From NCBI GenBank assembly GCA_013239625.1, contig MU053504.1, forward strand, positions 1,428,001 to 1,492,000: a DNA stretch of 64,000 nt. The letters are read 5' to 3'. The notes under the pieces are model-generated. The model was given only the letters and a program-made list of their open reading frames with translations, had not been told where the DNA came from and searched no databases. This stretch comes from Lama guanicoe. Lineage: Eukaryota. The position numbers and the translations under genes are program-made. This document shows positions 41,400 through 55,329 of this stretch, in pieces; positions within the stretch are counted from its first letter, which is position 1, and every line of letters starts with the position of its first letter.

Positions 41400-41560
41400 C
41401 ACAGGCTTAATGTCATATCTCACTTCTGCTGTTCATTTTGTTTGGGTACCCCTGGAAGTAATTTCATCTCTCTGAGCCTCAGTTTTCTCATCTGTAAAAT
41501 GGGAATGATAATATTATCCTCTTAGGGTTGCTGTGATGAAGTGAGACAATATGTGGTTCC
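41400..41560. mobile_element. MIR SINE
   Basis: Core text tctctctgagcctcagttttctcatctgtaaaatgggaatgataat...ttagggttgctgtgatgaagtgaga. Confidence 0.65.
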
Positions 41561-41889
41561 TGGGGACCTCTAAGTTAACCAGATGAATAACACAATCCTC
41601 TTGCTTAACACAGTACTCTTGCTCCCACATGCACGGATGGAATAAAACAATGTCAGGAGAAGAAAGGAGGCTATGTGTCCGGCTGCACAAATTGAAAAGA
41701 AGCCAAATCTATTGCCTTGCCTGTGCCTCCTAGTCTCCCCAGTAGGTGGTCTCCCTATGATGTAGGTGAGCATTGATGGAGACTCCCATGGTACCTAAAT
41801 GCACGGGGAGGCATCTCCCCTCACCGCCATCTCCACTCACCACTACCTCCTCCAGCTAGCTCTCTTGTACATCAATGTCTTCTAGAGCC

Positions 41890-42060
41890 TTGCTCCTCAA
41901 AGTGTAGCTAAGGACCAACAGCATCAGCATCCTCTGGAGTTTATTAGAAATGCAGAATTCCAGCCCCAGACCTACTGAACCAGAATCTGCATTTTAACAA
42001 GATCCCCAGGGGCTTCAACCCCAGGAGATTCATGTGCACATTAAAAGTTGAGAAGCACTA
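41890..42060. mobile_element. MER5A-like DNA transposon
   Basis: Text ctcaaagtgt...cagcatcagcatc...ttagaaatgcagaattc...agaatctgcattttaacaagatcccc...gagaagcact. Confidence 0.65.
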
Positions 42061-43256
42061 GATGGAGGTTGAGAGCAACTCCATCTAAAATGCATGAGAT
42101 TCACAGCTAACTTTGATGATTTTTGATGCTGTTGCTGCAAATTTTATCTCAAGCCACAAGAGTACATCCACATAACATTAGGAAACTGGTATTTCATTCA
42201 CCCTAGGCAGGTATCATCCTGACCTGCACCATAGGACCATATATTGATTTGCTTTTTTAAAAACTAAATCGTTTTTTAATCAAAATACCACAGAATATAA
42301 TTTTAAAGCGAAATCACATTTAGGCTTGTAATAGAAGACTGTTTTTTTGATTCTCTATTCCCAAGTCACCCACTTTTAGTTTCGTTTGTTATTTTTTCCT
42401 TGTATTTACCTCCATGCTTCTATTGCTGTTTCTTGGATTTTTATGTTTAGGTGTTATCTGTAGACTTCCTGCTATGGAATTAAGGATTTAGCTTTCCTAC
42501 CACCCTTCCCCCCAACACACACCAAAATACACCAAGATACACATTGTCTCCTGCCATCCTCCCAAAGAGGAGTTAATATTCAGTGTTTATATTATGTTTA
42601 TACTATGACTATGTAAATATTATTGTTTAACTTTTTGTGTTCCCTGGCATTAGCAAACACTTTGATTCATGATTTATTTGGTTGTCTAGGGACCAATTGC
42701 TAATTCAATCCCAAAGCTTCCAAGGGAACTGAACATTTATTTTGCATATGTCTAAAAACAGCAGGTCATTGTTACCATTTTCTTCTGGAGACATCCTTCC
42801 TAGAGCAACTATCTTTTGATTCCAGGCTGGATTGCTTGCTTTCTCCGCCTGGAAACATAGCTGACATCTCAGGCCTTTCTCATCATCCCTCTTCAGTGTT
42901 TCACCTCATTTCTTAAATCCCATATTATCTTCCTTCTAAATTTAATTCCTATGTTTCTGAAGGACATCCTCCAGCAGCTTCCTAAGGAAGTGTATGCAAG
43001 GTCAAATTTTTGAGACATTGTATGGCTTAAAATGTCTTTATTCTACCCTTACACTTGATAACCATTTAGACAGATAACATATTGCTAGGTTGGAAATAAT
43101 TTTTCCTCCTAATTTTGTAGCCATCGCTTTTTCGCTCTGGGAAGAATCAGAAAAAGGCAACTGATGAATGCCTCAAAAGCTGTTGAGCCCATTAGCACCA
43201 AAGATGCCAAGGCCACCAAGCTTGAGTCTTTGGATAGGGCCCACTGGAGGTAGATA

Positions 43257-43551
43257 CGTTGCCGAGTCCAAACTCATTCTGCTCGCTGCCCAACAAGCCA
43301 GTAAATCGGGAGATGCGGTGTTGGGGCAAGGAATAGCAGCAGACTGAGAGGACAGCAGACTAATGTCTTGGAGAACCATCCTGCTCTAGTCAGAATACAG
43401 GCTCCTTTTATACAAAAAATAAGGGAGGGGATGTGGTTGATTGTTGTAATCTTCTTGCTGCAGGCATTCTTTGTTCTTGCAGCCATCCCCACGCGCTAGG
43501 TCATGATGTCCCTTTAAACCTCCAACAAAACAAAGGTTATTCCCTACTACA
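43257..43551 (-). mobile_element. Probable solo LTR in reverse orientation
   Basis: Reverse complement begins TGTAGTAGGGAATAACC and contains TATAAAAGG. The flanks GATA and GAGA form an imperfect target-site duplication. Confidence 0.5.
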
Positions 43552-43600
43552 GAGATGCAGCTGGATTCTTGCTCTGTCTCCTCTCTTAGGGGCTGTATAT

Positions 43601-44075
43601 TGTGAACCAAAAATACTGCAAACCATATCAGTAAACAAAGAACGCTGAAGCCATCAAATCATCAGCCACTGCCACCACCACCCCATAAAGACAAGCCTGC
43701 AGCCCAGCCTCTGCAGCCACTCACAATGGTGCACTCTGAGGGGACTCAATAAGAAAGGACAAGACTAGCCCTAAATAGCTAGGTGCTTGTCAAAGGAATG
43801 AGTTCAATGAGCCCAAATGTTTCCTTCCTCCCATACATAGAGAAAAGCACTAAATTCTTTAACTTGAGATGCCTGGTTTTCTTCAGATAACAAAGAATCT
43901 TTTATTGCTCCAACAACCTGGTCTTTGTTGTAAAGCTTCTATATATCCTAGCTCCTCCCCTACCTCTTCAGAGCAGACGTCAGAGCGGATCTGAGAGGCT
44001 GTCATCCCAGCTCGAGTCCTCCCGCCAAATAAAACATAACTCAACTTCTAGGCTGCACATGTATTTCAGTCAACA
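43601..44075 (+). mobile_element. Solo LTR, ERV1-like
   Basis: TGTGAACC...CAACA termini, ATAT target-site duplication (43597-43600, 44076-44079), TATATAT near 43940 and AATAAA near 44028. Confidence 0.75.
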
Positions 44076-44477
44076 ATATCCACTGTCCCCACCCTCTTCC
44101 CCATCAGTTTTCCCTCATAGTATGACACATGAACAACTATTAAATTCTCTCAATTATAACCCATTTCCACTCCTGCCTCTCAAGTCACTAAACCAAGATA
44201 TGTTGGAAACTCTGCAACCATTTACAGATTCTCCGTGGTGAGAGGATCTTTCCCAGGTGACTGATACCCTCATAAATATTCATTTTCCTTAATTCCATAC
44301 TCCAAGGGTATCCTTAACCTCCAGTTGGGGGTTTACAATGTTGTAGCCCTCTTACATTCACATTCTGTGTTCCATTTCTGGAATCTCAGTATCTGGAACA
44401 CCTCCCACAAACCATAGTGCTTCAGACGCCTAAACAGCCCTCTCCTGTCCCACCCCCATTGAGCAGGCATGTGGGAG

Positions 44478-44941
44478 TGTGAAGGAAAAGCTGGGGTGGT
44501 CTAACAAGATAACTCACAGGTCTAGGAATGTGAAGGAGAGGCTGGGCTGGGCTAACAGGATAACTCACAAATCTAAGTATTGGAATACTGACCTGAGTTC
44601 TATTAGACTCACTTGTAAATCTAGGTTAATTAGTGTTGGTTTGCTGTTCATGTTTTTTGCTAGCCAGCTGGGTTTTCAAAGATACATATCTGGCTTTGGA
44701 ATGTTGGTTTGCTGCCTCCGCACCTCCACTTTTGTGATGATAATGCTGCTAAAGCTGTTCCATGCCTATTGGCCTAATACCCCAAGCTTGTACTTTACCC
44801 TATAAAACCTCATGCACACGTCTTGGAGGTGCTCAGAGCTTCGGAGCAGAAGCCCCTCTGAGCCCGCTGGCGTAATACATCTGAGTACTCCAACCCTCCG
44901 ATTGGTGCTTGTTTCTTGACCGGCCTGTCGTTTCCGTAACA
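44478..44941 (+). mobile_element. Solo LTR, ERV1-like, 464 bp
   Basis: TG...CA termini and a perfect 4-bp target-site duplication GGAG (44474-44477, 44942-44945). A ~51-bp U3 tandem duplication, TATAAAA at 44801-44807, and retained CpGs. Confidence 0.85.
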
Positions 44942-45585
44942 GGAGCGCCGCCCCAGAAAGCCTCAGGTTGCTTCCTAGCAGAGTGTATCCCTGCATTCCA
45001 GGGCTGCAGTTCTGAAAAATCCCACAGACATCACCCTACTCTCAGGGGAGAGGAGAGGGGAGGGGACAGAAAGATCGAGTGACTTGCCCTTGGACACATA
45101 CCCTTGGGAAACAACAAGACAAGGAAAGCAGCCCTTCCTCCCTTGGTCAGCTGCCCAAGTAGTGATGGGGTTAGAATGCCTTCCTGGCAACTCAGATCCC
45201 CAAGGGAGGGCCCTGGGGCAGTGAATTAGCAGATTTGCAAAAGCAAGAGGATGAGTCTTAATTCTCAAAAGTCACCACCCTCATTTTGGCTAAGCCCCAC
45301 CTAAGCCAGAGCCATCAAGCTGTACCCCCCTCCTTACCCCAAGGCCCCACCTTGCAATATGTCACAATGCCCCAGCTGCCCAGCCCCTCAGAATGGCTGA
45401 CTGAAGTGGGAGGAGGTGAGGAGGGTATGGTGGGTGGGTATGTGGGGAGATTCCCGAGGAGCCCCAACTCCCCACCGCCTGAGCTCACCCTTGAGTGTGG
45501 GCCAGGGCCCCACCCCCTCCCATGCTCCCACCCCACCCCCACTCCCTCCAAGCACTAGTCCTTCCTGTAACCTCCATCTGCCTCC

Positions 45586-46165
45586 ATGACCCAGCTCCAT
45601 TTTCCCAGGCCCCAAGTCCTTGCCTACCCTATCCCAGCTTCTCCCAGGGGCCTGGGTGCTGGGGAAGGATCAGGTAGCCCAGTGGGTCTATGCGTGTCCC
45701 CCTGGGGCCCTAGCCCGGCGCAGCTCGTGGACAGGGTCCTAGGGCTGGGGGCACTGGGGCTAACAGTTCAGGCAGTCTTTTCCACAACTGGCCTGGCCTC
45801 TCTGCTGCTGCTGCTCCTGGTCAGCTTCCTGGCCTTTGACCTGCTCCACCGGTAAGTGGGCAGCAGCCTGGCAGGTGGACAGGCGAGCAAGTGGTCAACC
45901 TCCCCAAACCACCTTTTCTCTACACAGGCCTGCCAGTCCCTCCCGGCCACAGCACACACATCTCATAAGGGGCCAGAGTCAGGGAGCTGGTGAGGGTCCG
46001 GGACAGCAGGAGGCTCTACTCCTGCCCACGGCGGCCATCACAGGACGACTCAGCCTCCAGGCGGCTCTGCTGCTGCTGCTCCTGGGCCTGGGGCTACTTC
46101 TTGGAGCCAGAGGCATGCCCTTGGCCCTGCTTGCCCTGGCTTTCTGCCTCCACCCTCGGACCTGA
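45586..46165 (+). CDS. C20orf141: C20orf141 ortholog, small multi-pass hydrophobic protein, 167 aa
   Basis: Exons 45586-45851 (CG|gtaagt) and 45928-46165 (cag|G), 504 nt in frame. Peptides PRGLGAGEGSGSP, LLLLLVSFLAFDLLHR and RGQSQGAGEGPGQQEALLL match C20orf141 as I recall it. It lies between CPXM1 and TMEM239. Confidence 0.88.
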
Positions 46166-46821
46166 GAGCCCTCCAGAAGTACACCAATTGTCCTCAAGCC
46201 TCCTTTCCTCCACCCTGAGCTGGGAAGTTGGGAGGATAACCCCCAGCCTGAACCTCAGGAGACTTCTGGCCCCACGATATGGACAGTGGATCCCTAGGTC
46301 TGAGTGTGAGGACATCAGTAAAAAGTGAGATAAAGGACAGGGAGCCCAGGGCAGGATGTGTTAGCCATCTCAGAGCCTGTAGGTTGGGGGCGGTCATTCT
46401 GGCTTCTGTGGTTCTGGAGAATGAGGGTCCAGAGAGAGAGCCTTGAAAAAGGGCAGAGTGGGACTGGATATCAGATAGCAGTGAAGGGACAGGGACCTAG
46501 AGAGGGCTTCCCACAAGAAAGCATGAGAAACTATATCTTTGGGTTCACGAGGCTCCTCAGCAGCCTGAAGTGTCCATGGAGAGAGGCTCAGGAAAGCCTC
46601 ACACCCTACAGTGGCTCCTCTCTTGGCTGGACCCCACCCCAGCCTGGGTCACAATGGGGCTCCTCTGGGGAGGGTGGGGAGAGTAAGAGTGGGACTTCAA
46701 GGCTGGCTGCCAGGTTGTCCTGGGCGCTGCAGGAAGCAACATGACTTAGGTGGCTCTTCCCAGAGGTAAGACCCAGGCCCCAGCTCAAAGCCCCACCCCA
46801 CCCATGCTGGTACCCTCCTGA

Positions 46822-47367
<546 letters not shown>

Positions 47368-49774
47368 AAGGGCAACCCCATCCCGCTGCTTGTGTCTGTT
47401 GAGCCCTGGCCTATGGCCTGAGGCCCAGGGGAAAGGGAGGGCAGTGGGCCCAGGGCCTTCCCGCCTCAGCAGGCCCCAGACCTTCCATCCCTAGCAGGGA
47501 CTGGTCAGGGCCTGCGTGATGTTGCTGGAGCTGGCAGGGTAGACTGGCCTGACCTCTGGGCACCTCCCTCAAGCTGATTCTGCAGGTACTTGGTGTAGAG
47601 ATTCAGGGATTTTGAGAATAGAGGTTAGGGCAGAAGGCTTAACCAGGGGCAGAGCCTGGCCAAGCTGTCAAGAGCTCTCACGTGCCTGCGGTGACACCAC
47701 CGGGGCCCTCTTAGCGGCTGGCAGCATCTTTTTCTTGCTGAACTGGCTCAGCTTCAGATTCATAGAGAAACTTCCACCTGGGTGACCCCGGACTTGCCAT
47801 TCCTCCCACAATCCCCTCTTTCCACTTCCCCAGGCTCTAGAAAGGGCCCACTGACAGAAACTTAGCTGGGAGAGGGCTGGTCAGAAGTCCTGTAAGACCT
47901 CAAGCCAATTCACCTCCCAGACCTTTCTGCCCAAACATTCCCCACTCCTTAGACTTCCTACCTCCTGCCTCAGTCCACATCTCCAAGTCTGGGAAATGGG
48001 CCAATCAGGATAGGGAGGTTCCCAGAGAGCATCTACTCTTTAAGACTTTGGTGTAGAAAAACAAGGAGTCCCATTCCACCCACCTACGCAATGTGTGACC
48101 TTGACCAATTAATTCTTTTGAGCCTTGATATGAAGTGGGTCCTGTCACGGAGCTGTTGTGAGTCAAAGCCAATAATACCTATGTGTGAAGCACTTTGCAG
48201 GATATTGTATTGAACTCTAAAGAGCAGAAAGCTTCCCTAGGCCTTCAGAGAAATGTTCTGTTATGGATACAATTTGGGTCCTACAATGGTACACAGAGGA
48301 TGCATTGGATGTGAACAAGATGTAAAAGGTCATGCACCATGAAATCTCAAAACATGCAGGTGTTGAACTCTTCTGATTGTGAAATGCTTGGGACTGGGGC
48401 TTGGTGCCAGAGGATGCTTGCACAGCTGTGTGAGTCGGGGAAGCATAGCTCATAGGTTGCTAAAACCAACCCAACAAGCTGCTTACAGCACCAGGAAGGC
48501 CTTGGAAGGTGGAATCCCTTGGTGCCCAGAATGCTGGTTGTTCATACATCAGCTAACCCTCCAAACAGAACAGTGAATGATCAGTTATTACAAGTAAGGC
48601 CCTTGATGGACAGGTAAGACCCACCCATCTGACCCCTACTCCACTCCTGAGCCCCAACTAGTCCCTGACCCTCCTCAATTCCTGCTCAGTCTTGACCCCA
48701 CTGTGTATCTAAAATCCCTGCTCCTAAAGCCCGCAACCCAAAGCCCCCTCTCCTGCTACCTAAATACTCAGGCCCTGAAGACCAGCCCCTAGAACCCAGG
48801 TTCAGTTTTGCTAAAACCTGTTTGCTGTGGATTTTCATAACCCTGCATGCTACTAGTCAGATGCTTTCAGCATCAGTGTCTGAAACCCCAGGCACAGTCC
48901 TTCCTTTTGCCTTGTAGTTCTCCCTGAAAAAGGGCAACGCATGGCATGGAGCTGGTATAGCCTCGTGGTTAGCTTGGGTTCTGGTGTATTAGCCGAGGCT
49001 GGGTTTGAATACCAGCACTATCACTTTCTTTTTGGTAAAAATTGCTAAACCTTCTTGAACTTTATTTTTGTCTTGGTTAAAACCAAGGCAAGAACACTTT
49101 GGGGCCCCTGTGGGGCACTTGTTATGTGGGCAGAGTTTCTGGACTGACTCCTCACACCACTAACTGTAGCTGTGCTGTTACTATCGCATTTTAGAGATGA
49201 GAAGTCAAGCTCAGGATAGCTGCTTGCCAAGGGCAAAGCCAGGTTGTTTGAGTCCTTGTCCACCCTTGCAGGCTACTACAGGGAAAGCAGTGCAGGAAAT
49301 AGAACCTAACTGAAGACCCAAGGGCTTCTCAACTCCTATTCTAAAATCTCCTGTTCAAAAAGAAAAAGAAAAAGCCACAAAAGAATAAAAGGAAAAAATA
49401 AAATAAAAATAGAATAAAAATTTAAAAAGTTCCTGTCAGAGATGAAGCCTGGATGCCCATCTTGAATTCATCACTGACTTCGCTGTGCACTGCTGGCCAG
49501 GGGCTTCACTCTAGTGCCTTAGGGCCATTCTGATTGAGAGAGGAGGTTTGGGCCCGGACCAGACACAATGAGGGGCAGGATTTTGGCAAGAGCAAGGAGA
49601 AAGCCTTCTTCCCTGCTCCACATAAATATATATCTTCTACCCTCCTGCTCTGCTGGTTCAGAGTAAAGTGGTACAGACAGACTGGAGCAGATGGGCAATA
49701 CTTATGCAATTAGATCAAAGCAAACCCTGTGGCCCGGCAACACAAAATGAATTCTCCCAGAGCCCCATAATGGC

Positions 49775-49937
49775 CTTGCTCCTCAAAATGTGGTCCCAGG
49801 ACCAGCAGTATAGGCATCACCTGGAAGCTGGCTAGAAATGCAGAGTCTCAGGCCCCACTCCAGGCCTGATGAATCGGAGCCTGCACTTTGGCAAGACACC
49901 CAGGCGCTACACATGCACACTGTTTGAGAAGTGCTGC
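49775..49937. mobile_element. MER5A-like DNA transposon
   Basis: Text ctcaaaatgtggtcccaggaccagcag...atcacctggaagctggctagaaatgcagagtctcaggcccc...tttgagaag. Confidence 0.65.
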
Positions 49938-50281
49938 AGGTGAGGGATATGTTTGAGAACGATGATTGCACTCTCACTGGTGGTGGCAGGAGATGAAAAA
50001 GGCAAAACACAGTGGACCAGCATGTGGAATGGAAGCAGTTAGAAGGGGCGGAAGCTCTATGCACTGATCTGGAAATGCTAGCGTTGCATGCAAAGAAGCT
50101 GAATGAGAAAGAGTACAATTCTTTTTACGCAAACTTAAAACACATTTTTGGCAGGACAAATAAGAACAAAAATTAGAATGGAACGGCCAACCCTAGGGCC
50201 AGGCAAATGGGAGTGCAGTATTAAGTAAGGGACCTTGCAGAAACGATAGAAAAATATCACGAACATAATTCCTGAAAATAC

Positions 50282-50389
50282 TTTATTATTTTTATTAGGT
50301 TTATTATTTAAATGGAGGTACTAGGGATTAAACCCAGGACCTCATGCATGCTAAGCACACACTCTACCACTGGGCTATACCCTCCCCCC
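50282..50389 (-). mobile_element. tRNA-Ala-derived SINE (vic-1-like)
   Basis: Reverse-complement copy of the element at 30279, with a T-rich tail on the left. Confidence 0.8.
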
Positions 50390-50539
50390 TGAATTACCTT
50401 CAATGTAGACAAAGTTTTCCATTTAGACTTAAAATGCTTAAAAATGTAAGCCTGGGAAGAATGAACATGCTGAAATGAAGATGTAAGCCTTTCCATTTGG
50501 GCCAAGAAGGGAAAGCTGTCCCATTGGCCTGAGTGACGT

Positions 50540-51600
50540 TGGCAGCGAGATCTGTTTTTTTGCCGTCCCTCCCCTACCCGACCCCGCAGTGCGCAGATGG
50601 GGTGGGGGTGACGAAACAGTAACCCGTGTGGCCTGGCCGGGAAAATGATCAAATCAAGTGGAGCATAAGGAGCGGAGGAGGTGTCAGCCGCGAGGAGCTT
50701 TGCAGGTGAGAAAGCAGAGAGGGGATCCACAGCGGCATACGCCGCCTAGGAGCGCCCGGTTGGACTTTCCTCTGCCCCAAGGACCGGGGAACAATGAGTA
50801 GGAGCCGCTGGGATGCGGGAGGGTCTGAGAGGACGGTGTTCGGGGGCTCATAAGACTGAGGTTTCACTAGAGATCGAGCAGGCAGGGGCCAACCTCGGGG
50901 GAAGGAAAGGGGTTCCTGGAAGGAGGAGGCTGCGCGGCGCGGGGGAAACCTGTAAGAATCAGCTACGGGAAGCCGGGAGGGGGCGCTCTCACCCAGACCC
51001 GTGTGTGCCGGGGAAAGCGGGAGGCTCCGTCCCAGCTAGAGGGTGAAGGGAGCCGCTGTCCTCATTGATAGTCCGTGGACACAGAGGAGTAGCTGGGAGA
51101 CTGGGTCCTAGGGGGTGGCGGCGGCGGCCTGCGCTCCGCTGGGAGGTCGCCCCAGGAGCAGATGCGGGATGCGGGGTTCTTCGCAATCACCTGGGTTCAG
51201 GTGCGCGCGGGAGAGCAGTCAGGGCGACAGCTGGAGAGCTCCGAGCTGACTCATTGACCGTGGAGCCAGAATGGGGTGGGCTTGGGCCTGACGTTGGGAA
51301 GGAAATCCCAAACCCAGCTAGGGATCGGAGCGTTGCGGACACCCACAAGGGGAATGTGCTAGTGTCGATCCGGGTAAATCGACACACCACGCCCCGCCCC
51401 CACTGCCCCCGCCCCCGGAATCGCAGACTGCGGACTGATCCGTGCAAGGTGCGGCCCACTGGCGGAGATCTTAGCTCTAGCTGCAAGAGTCGGGCTTAAA
51501 TTAAGCGGGGTGTGGAAAGAGAGGGAAGAGGGGAAGCGGTATCTCACCGGCCAGGACACCGGCAGTGGCGGGGAGGGTAGATCGTGGGGCCAGGAATGAG
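50540..51600. promoter_or_regulatory. Orphan CpG island between TMEM239 and PCED1A
   Basis: About 1 kb of elevated CpG in a CpG-poor context, with a GC box GCCCCGCCCCC at 51391-51401. No recognisable protein ORF starts here. Confidence 0.55.
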
Positions 51601-54600
51601 CATCTCCAGCCCACTGTCTTCACCGACTCCTCAAAATCTCATTAACCCAAGTCTCTAGCCTGGGTCCCCCAGTTAGAAATCCAGAGGCACTGAGGGCAGA
51701 GCTCATGAGAATCCTGGAGAAGGAAGGGCCCAATCCAGCTGGCTTCACGATCTCACCCACTGCTGTCCCAACCTTAGTCTATTATTCCGTTCCTCCTGGG
51801 GGTAAAGAGCTGTTTGTTGTGAGGCTCTAAACACAACCAACTTTGGATAAGTTATTTTCTGCTAAGCAGACATCTCTATTACCTTTCAAATATTTTCCAT
51901 CTTAAAAATAAAAGAATTTAAGAGCTGTTGCCATTACCATATTTTCTGGCCGGTGTCTTCAAATGTCTAACCAAAACCCAATTTTTAAAATTGATATGTG
52001 ATACTGTATACTTGAAAAATGTTTGTAACATATATGGAAGTTGTGAAGCCTTCTAAATGGAATACAACATCCATCTAAAAGCCAGATGTTATGAGGATAA
52101 GGCTTCCTCCTTTGGGTTCATCTTCTGACTGTACAAGCTGGGATTCCCAGACAATGGTATGTGGAATTGTTGTTCACAGGCAACTTTGACTTGATTCCCA
52201 CTGTCAAGAACCTCTTCTAAGTTATAGAAAAGGAATGAACTACTGATACAACATGGATGAATTTCCATGTTGTTCCATTAATCTCATTAATCAGACTGAA
52301 TGAAAGAAGCCACATGAAAAAGAGTACCTGTGGAATGATTCCATTTCCGTAAGATTCTAGGAAATGCAAATTGATCTATAGTAACAGGACGTATGTCAAT
52401 TATCAAGGGTGGCTTATGGATGGGGGTGGGAAGATGTGAGGAGGTGGTGGGGAAGGGAGGCAGGGAGGGCTTATAAAAAAGCAGAAAGATAAATTTCATT
52501 ATCTAGATTGTGATGATGGTTTCACATTTGTATATATGTTAAAATTTATCAAATTATACATTTGAAATGTATGCAGTTTATTGTCTATCAGTTACAGTTA
52601 CCTCTAAAGCATTTTTTTTTAGGTCCATTTCCTTACGATCAGAAAGAGTTTATCTTTCACTAATGTACATGGTAATGTATTTAAACACTAAAATGAACTC
52701 AGCACACAATCTATGCAATGAACTGGATAATGTAACAGAAAACAAGTTATCTATTTTTGTTGGGAAACCTCCAGTTGGGTCAAGATTTTTTGAAAAAAAA
52801 TTCCCCAAATTTCTTTTCTTGAGACTTTTTGTTGGGCTATACCCACAGGCCTACAAGGCCTGTACTTGCCCAACTTCAAGAGCTAGACTTGAGTCCTTGA
52901 CAGAGAAATCAACGGTTTAATAGATAGGGGTGGGGGTCTTCCACATCTGAAGCAAGGTCCTGGAGTGACTCTCCACCGTGTGCAGCAGACAGCAGGCAGC
53001 ACAAGGCAGTCTTTGCTCCCCAGGGCAGGGGAGGTTAGCAGTTAATAGGGGGAAATTGATGTCACTGGTTACCAGGGAAAGCAGCAGAGGTGCACAACCC
53101 CTCACTGCCCCTTTCATAAGAGCAATCATTAACTGGGGCCTCGGGCATGTGCATAGGAAAGTCACTCATGTGTGTAGGTGTAGGTGAAGGGGGCACTGGC
53201 TGAGCAAGGGGATGTACAGAAAGCAAGAGAATAGCCACCTTGAGTGGCCTGACCATACACTATTTTTCCCTAAAAAATAAAGGCTGGTGTCACAATCAAA
53301 GTGCCCATGTATCTTTTACTCCTTTCAGGAATATCTTGGTATGGCACAGGAAAGGATATTGGAGCCATTCTTTAGAAAATCAAGATTCTATGAATGAGAG
53401 GGAGTCAATTGTCTTCTTAAATGATTTGTCAATGGTCAAAATATAAATGGTTTTTGAGGCAATGAATTTTGAGTTCTGTCATACTTAATTAGCAAATAGT
53501 GTGCCTACACACTGGAGAAACGTACGTTTTTCATTGTTTTTACACCTCGAAACAAGAGCCAGGAAACAACTGAAATGCATGTAATGACTTGTATGTGGCT
53601 ATTTTTAAAGTTTGTTTCCCAGTCACAACTGAATAAAATATATAACAGAGGAGTCAAGTGTCTTGAACTATATTCTTAATATGACAAGCTGAAAATAAAA
53701 TAACTTCTCTCCATTTTATTCTTATGACAGACTTCAAATCTACATTGGGAAGCTGAAGAAAAGGTTATGAAACCTCACTGTGGGCAATGGGAGCCACAAA
53801 GAGAGATGGTGTGAAAATTAGGAAGGCAGAGCTAGAATTTCAAGGACATGGAACACACTGAACAGTCTCAAGGTGCAAACAGTGTGAGAATTTCAAAATT
53901 AGGATGGCATTGGAAAGGGGAAAAACCTAGGCAAGGCTCAGTAGGGAAAGTGACAAGGAATTAGAGAAAAAGATGGCAAGCAACAGAGAGGGCTCCATGA
54001 GGCTGGGTAACTCATATGACTCTTACGTGTAAATCAGTCTGGGTGTAGTTTTCCCTAGCAACACTGAGAAGCCCCAGATTCAGAGATGCAGATGGAGAAA
54101 AGAGTTTTGTGCGAAGGCATGAAGGAATGAACAAGAAATTGGGCAAACTAATGAAAAGAAAAAATTAATTTTTGCAATAAAAATGATCTGAAATCTTATC
54201 TCATTAACAAGAGGCTTTCTTTCATTTCTGTATGTTGCGTTCCACTTTTTGCAAGCTCATTTCAGGCACTTTCTCATTTGATTCTCAACAGCCCTGACAA
54301 TGGTGCTCTCTAAAGGTTTTTATTAACTCACATTCTCTATACCAGTTTCCCCAGCACGGGTGTGTGTTAACTTAGTAGCTTCCCTTCATTTGCACTTAGT
54401 AGATTTCTAGCAAGGATAAAAACTTTTCTGGTCTTCTGTCTCCATTTCCATTTGTGCAAGATGTTATACCCTTTGACAAAGTAAAATTTCAGTAACAAGT
54501 ATGGAAAGTTAATGCCAGAGCTCTGCATCCCTCTCTTCCATCCCATTCTACTTGAAAATTACTTAGTGGGTCTCTGAGCTTCCTTATTACCAACCCACTG

Positions 54601-55323
54601 CCATGCTGCGCCCCCACTCCCCCACACCACCACTTAGCCTACACGATACCCCTGATGCTTAGTAGTCACCAACCTCGGGTCAAGACCACTTGTCAAAGCC
54701 AACACCCTATACTCTTTCTTAACTTCCTTAAAAAGTTTGGCCAAGCTCCCTACCCCCACCCCATGCTGAAATTCTCCCTCAGCTCCTCTTCTATGGCCCA
54801 CCCACCAAAGAAGTTAGCCTATGATCACTTCGCTCCCATTGTACACTGTATCTATTAAATAGGGGGTTTCTAATTGGCCTCCCACTTGACCGTGGGAGCT
54901 TCTTTAGTTCCAACCACTTATTGAGTGTCTACCATATGCTAAGCATTGTGCAAGGTAAGGTATGTGCCTACCTCCAGGAGTAGTTCAACACTGAACGTAC
55001 ACATGAATGTGTGAAACCAGTATAGTTAAGAACTAGCCAGACCCAAAACTCCATATAAAATATTGGTAATTTTAAACCAGCCCTTGATATGTCCCAATCC
55101 CAAAGAGCTGCTGACAACAGGGGACCCCTCCAGGATCTTTGTTAAGTATGTGTGTGTTCTGGTGAGGGTGTAAATAAGTGTGTGAGACAGCAGGAAGGAC
55201 TCAGCGTGAGTTGAAAAGTCCAAGGTTGGAGAGAGACCAGAGGCAGCCTCTCCAACTCTCAAGATCATGGTTTGGGAGATACACTCCCCCACACAAAAAG
55301 ATGCCGCTCTGTTCTTCCATGCT

Positions 55324-55329
55324 TTTATT
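55324..55329 (-). terminator. Polyadenylation signal (AATAAA) of PCED1A
   Basis: TTTATT on the plus strand, about 120 nt downstream of the stop codon. Confidence 0.75.

Noticed and set aside
44479..44805. 108-aa ORF with an internal peptide repeat (KEKLGWSNKITH / KERLGWANRITH)
   Set aside because: The repeat is the 51-bp U3 duplication of a solo LTR; the start is GTG and there is no coding evidence.
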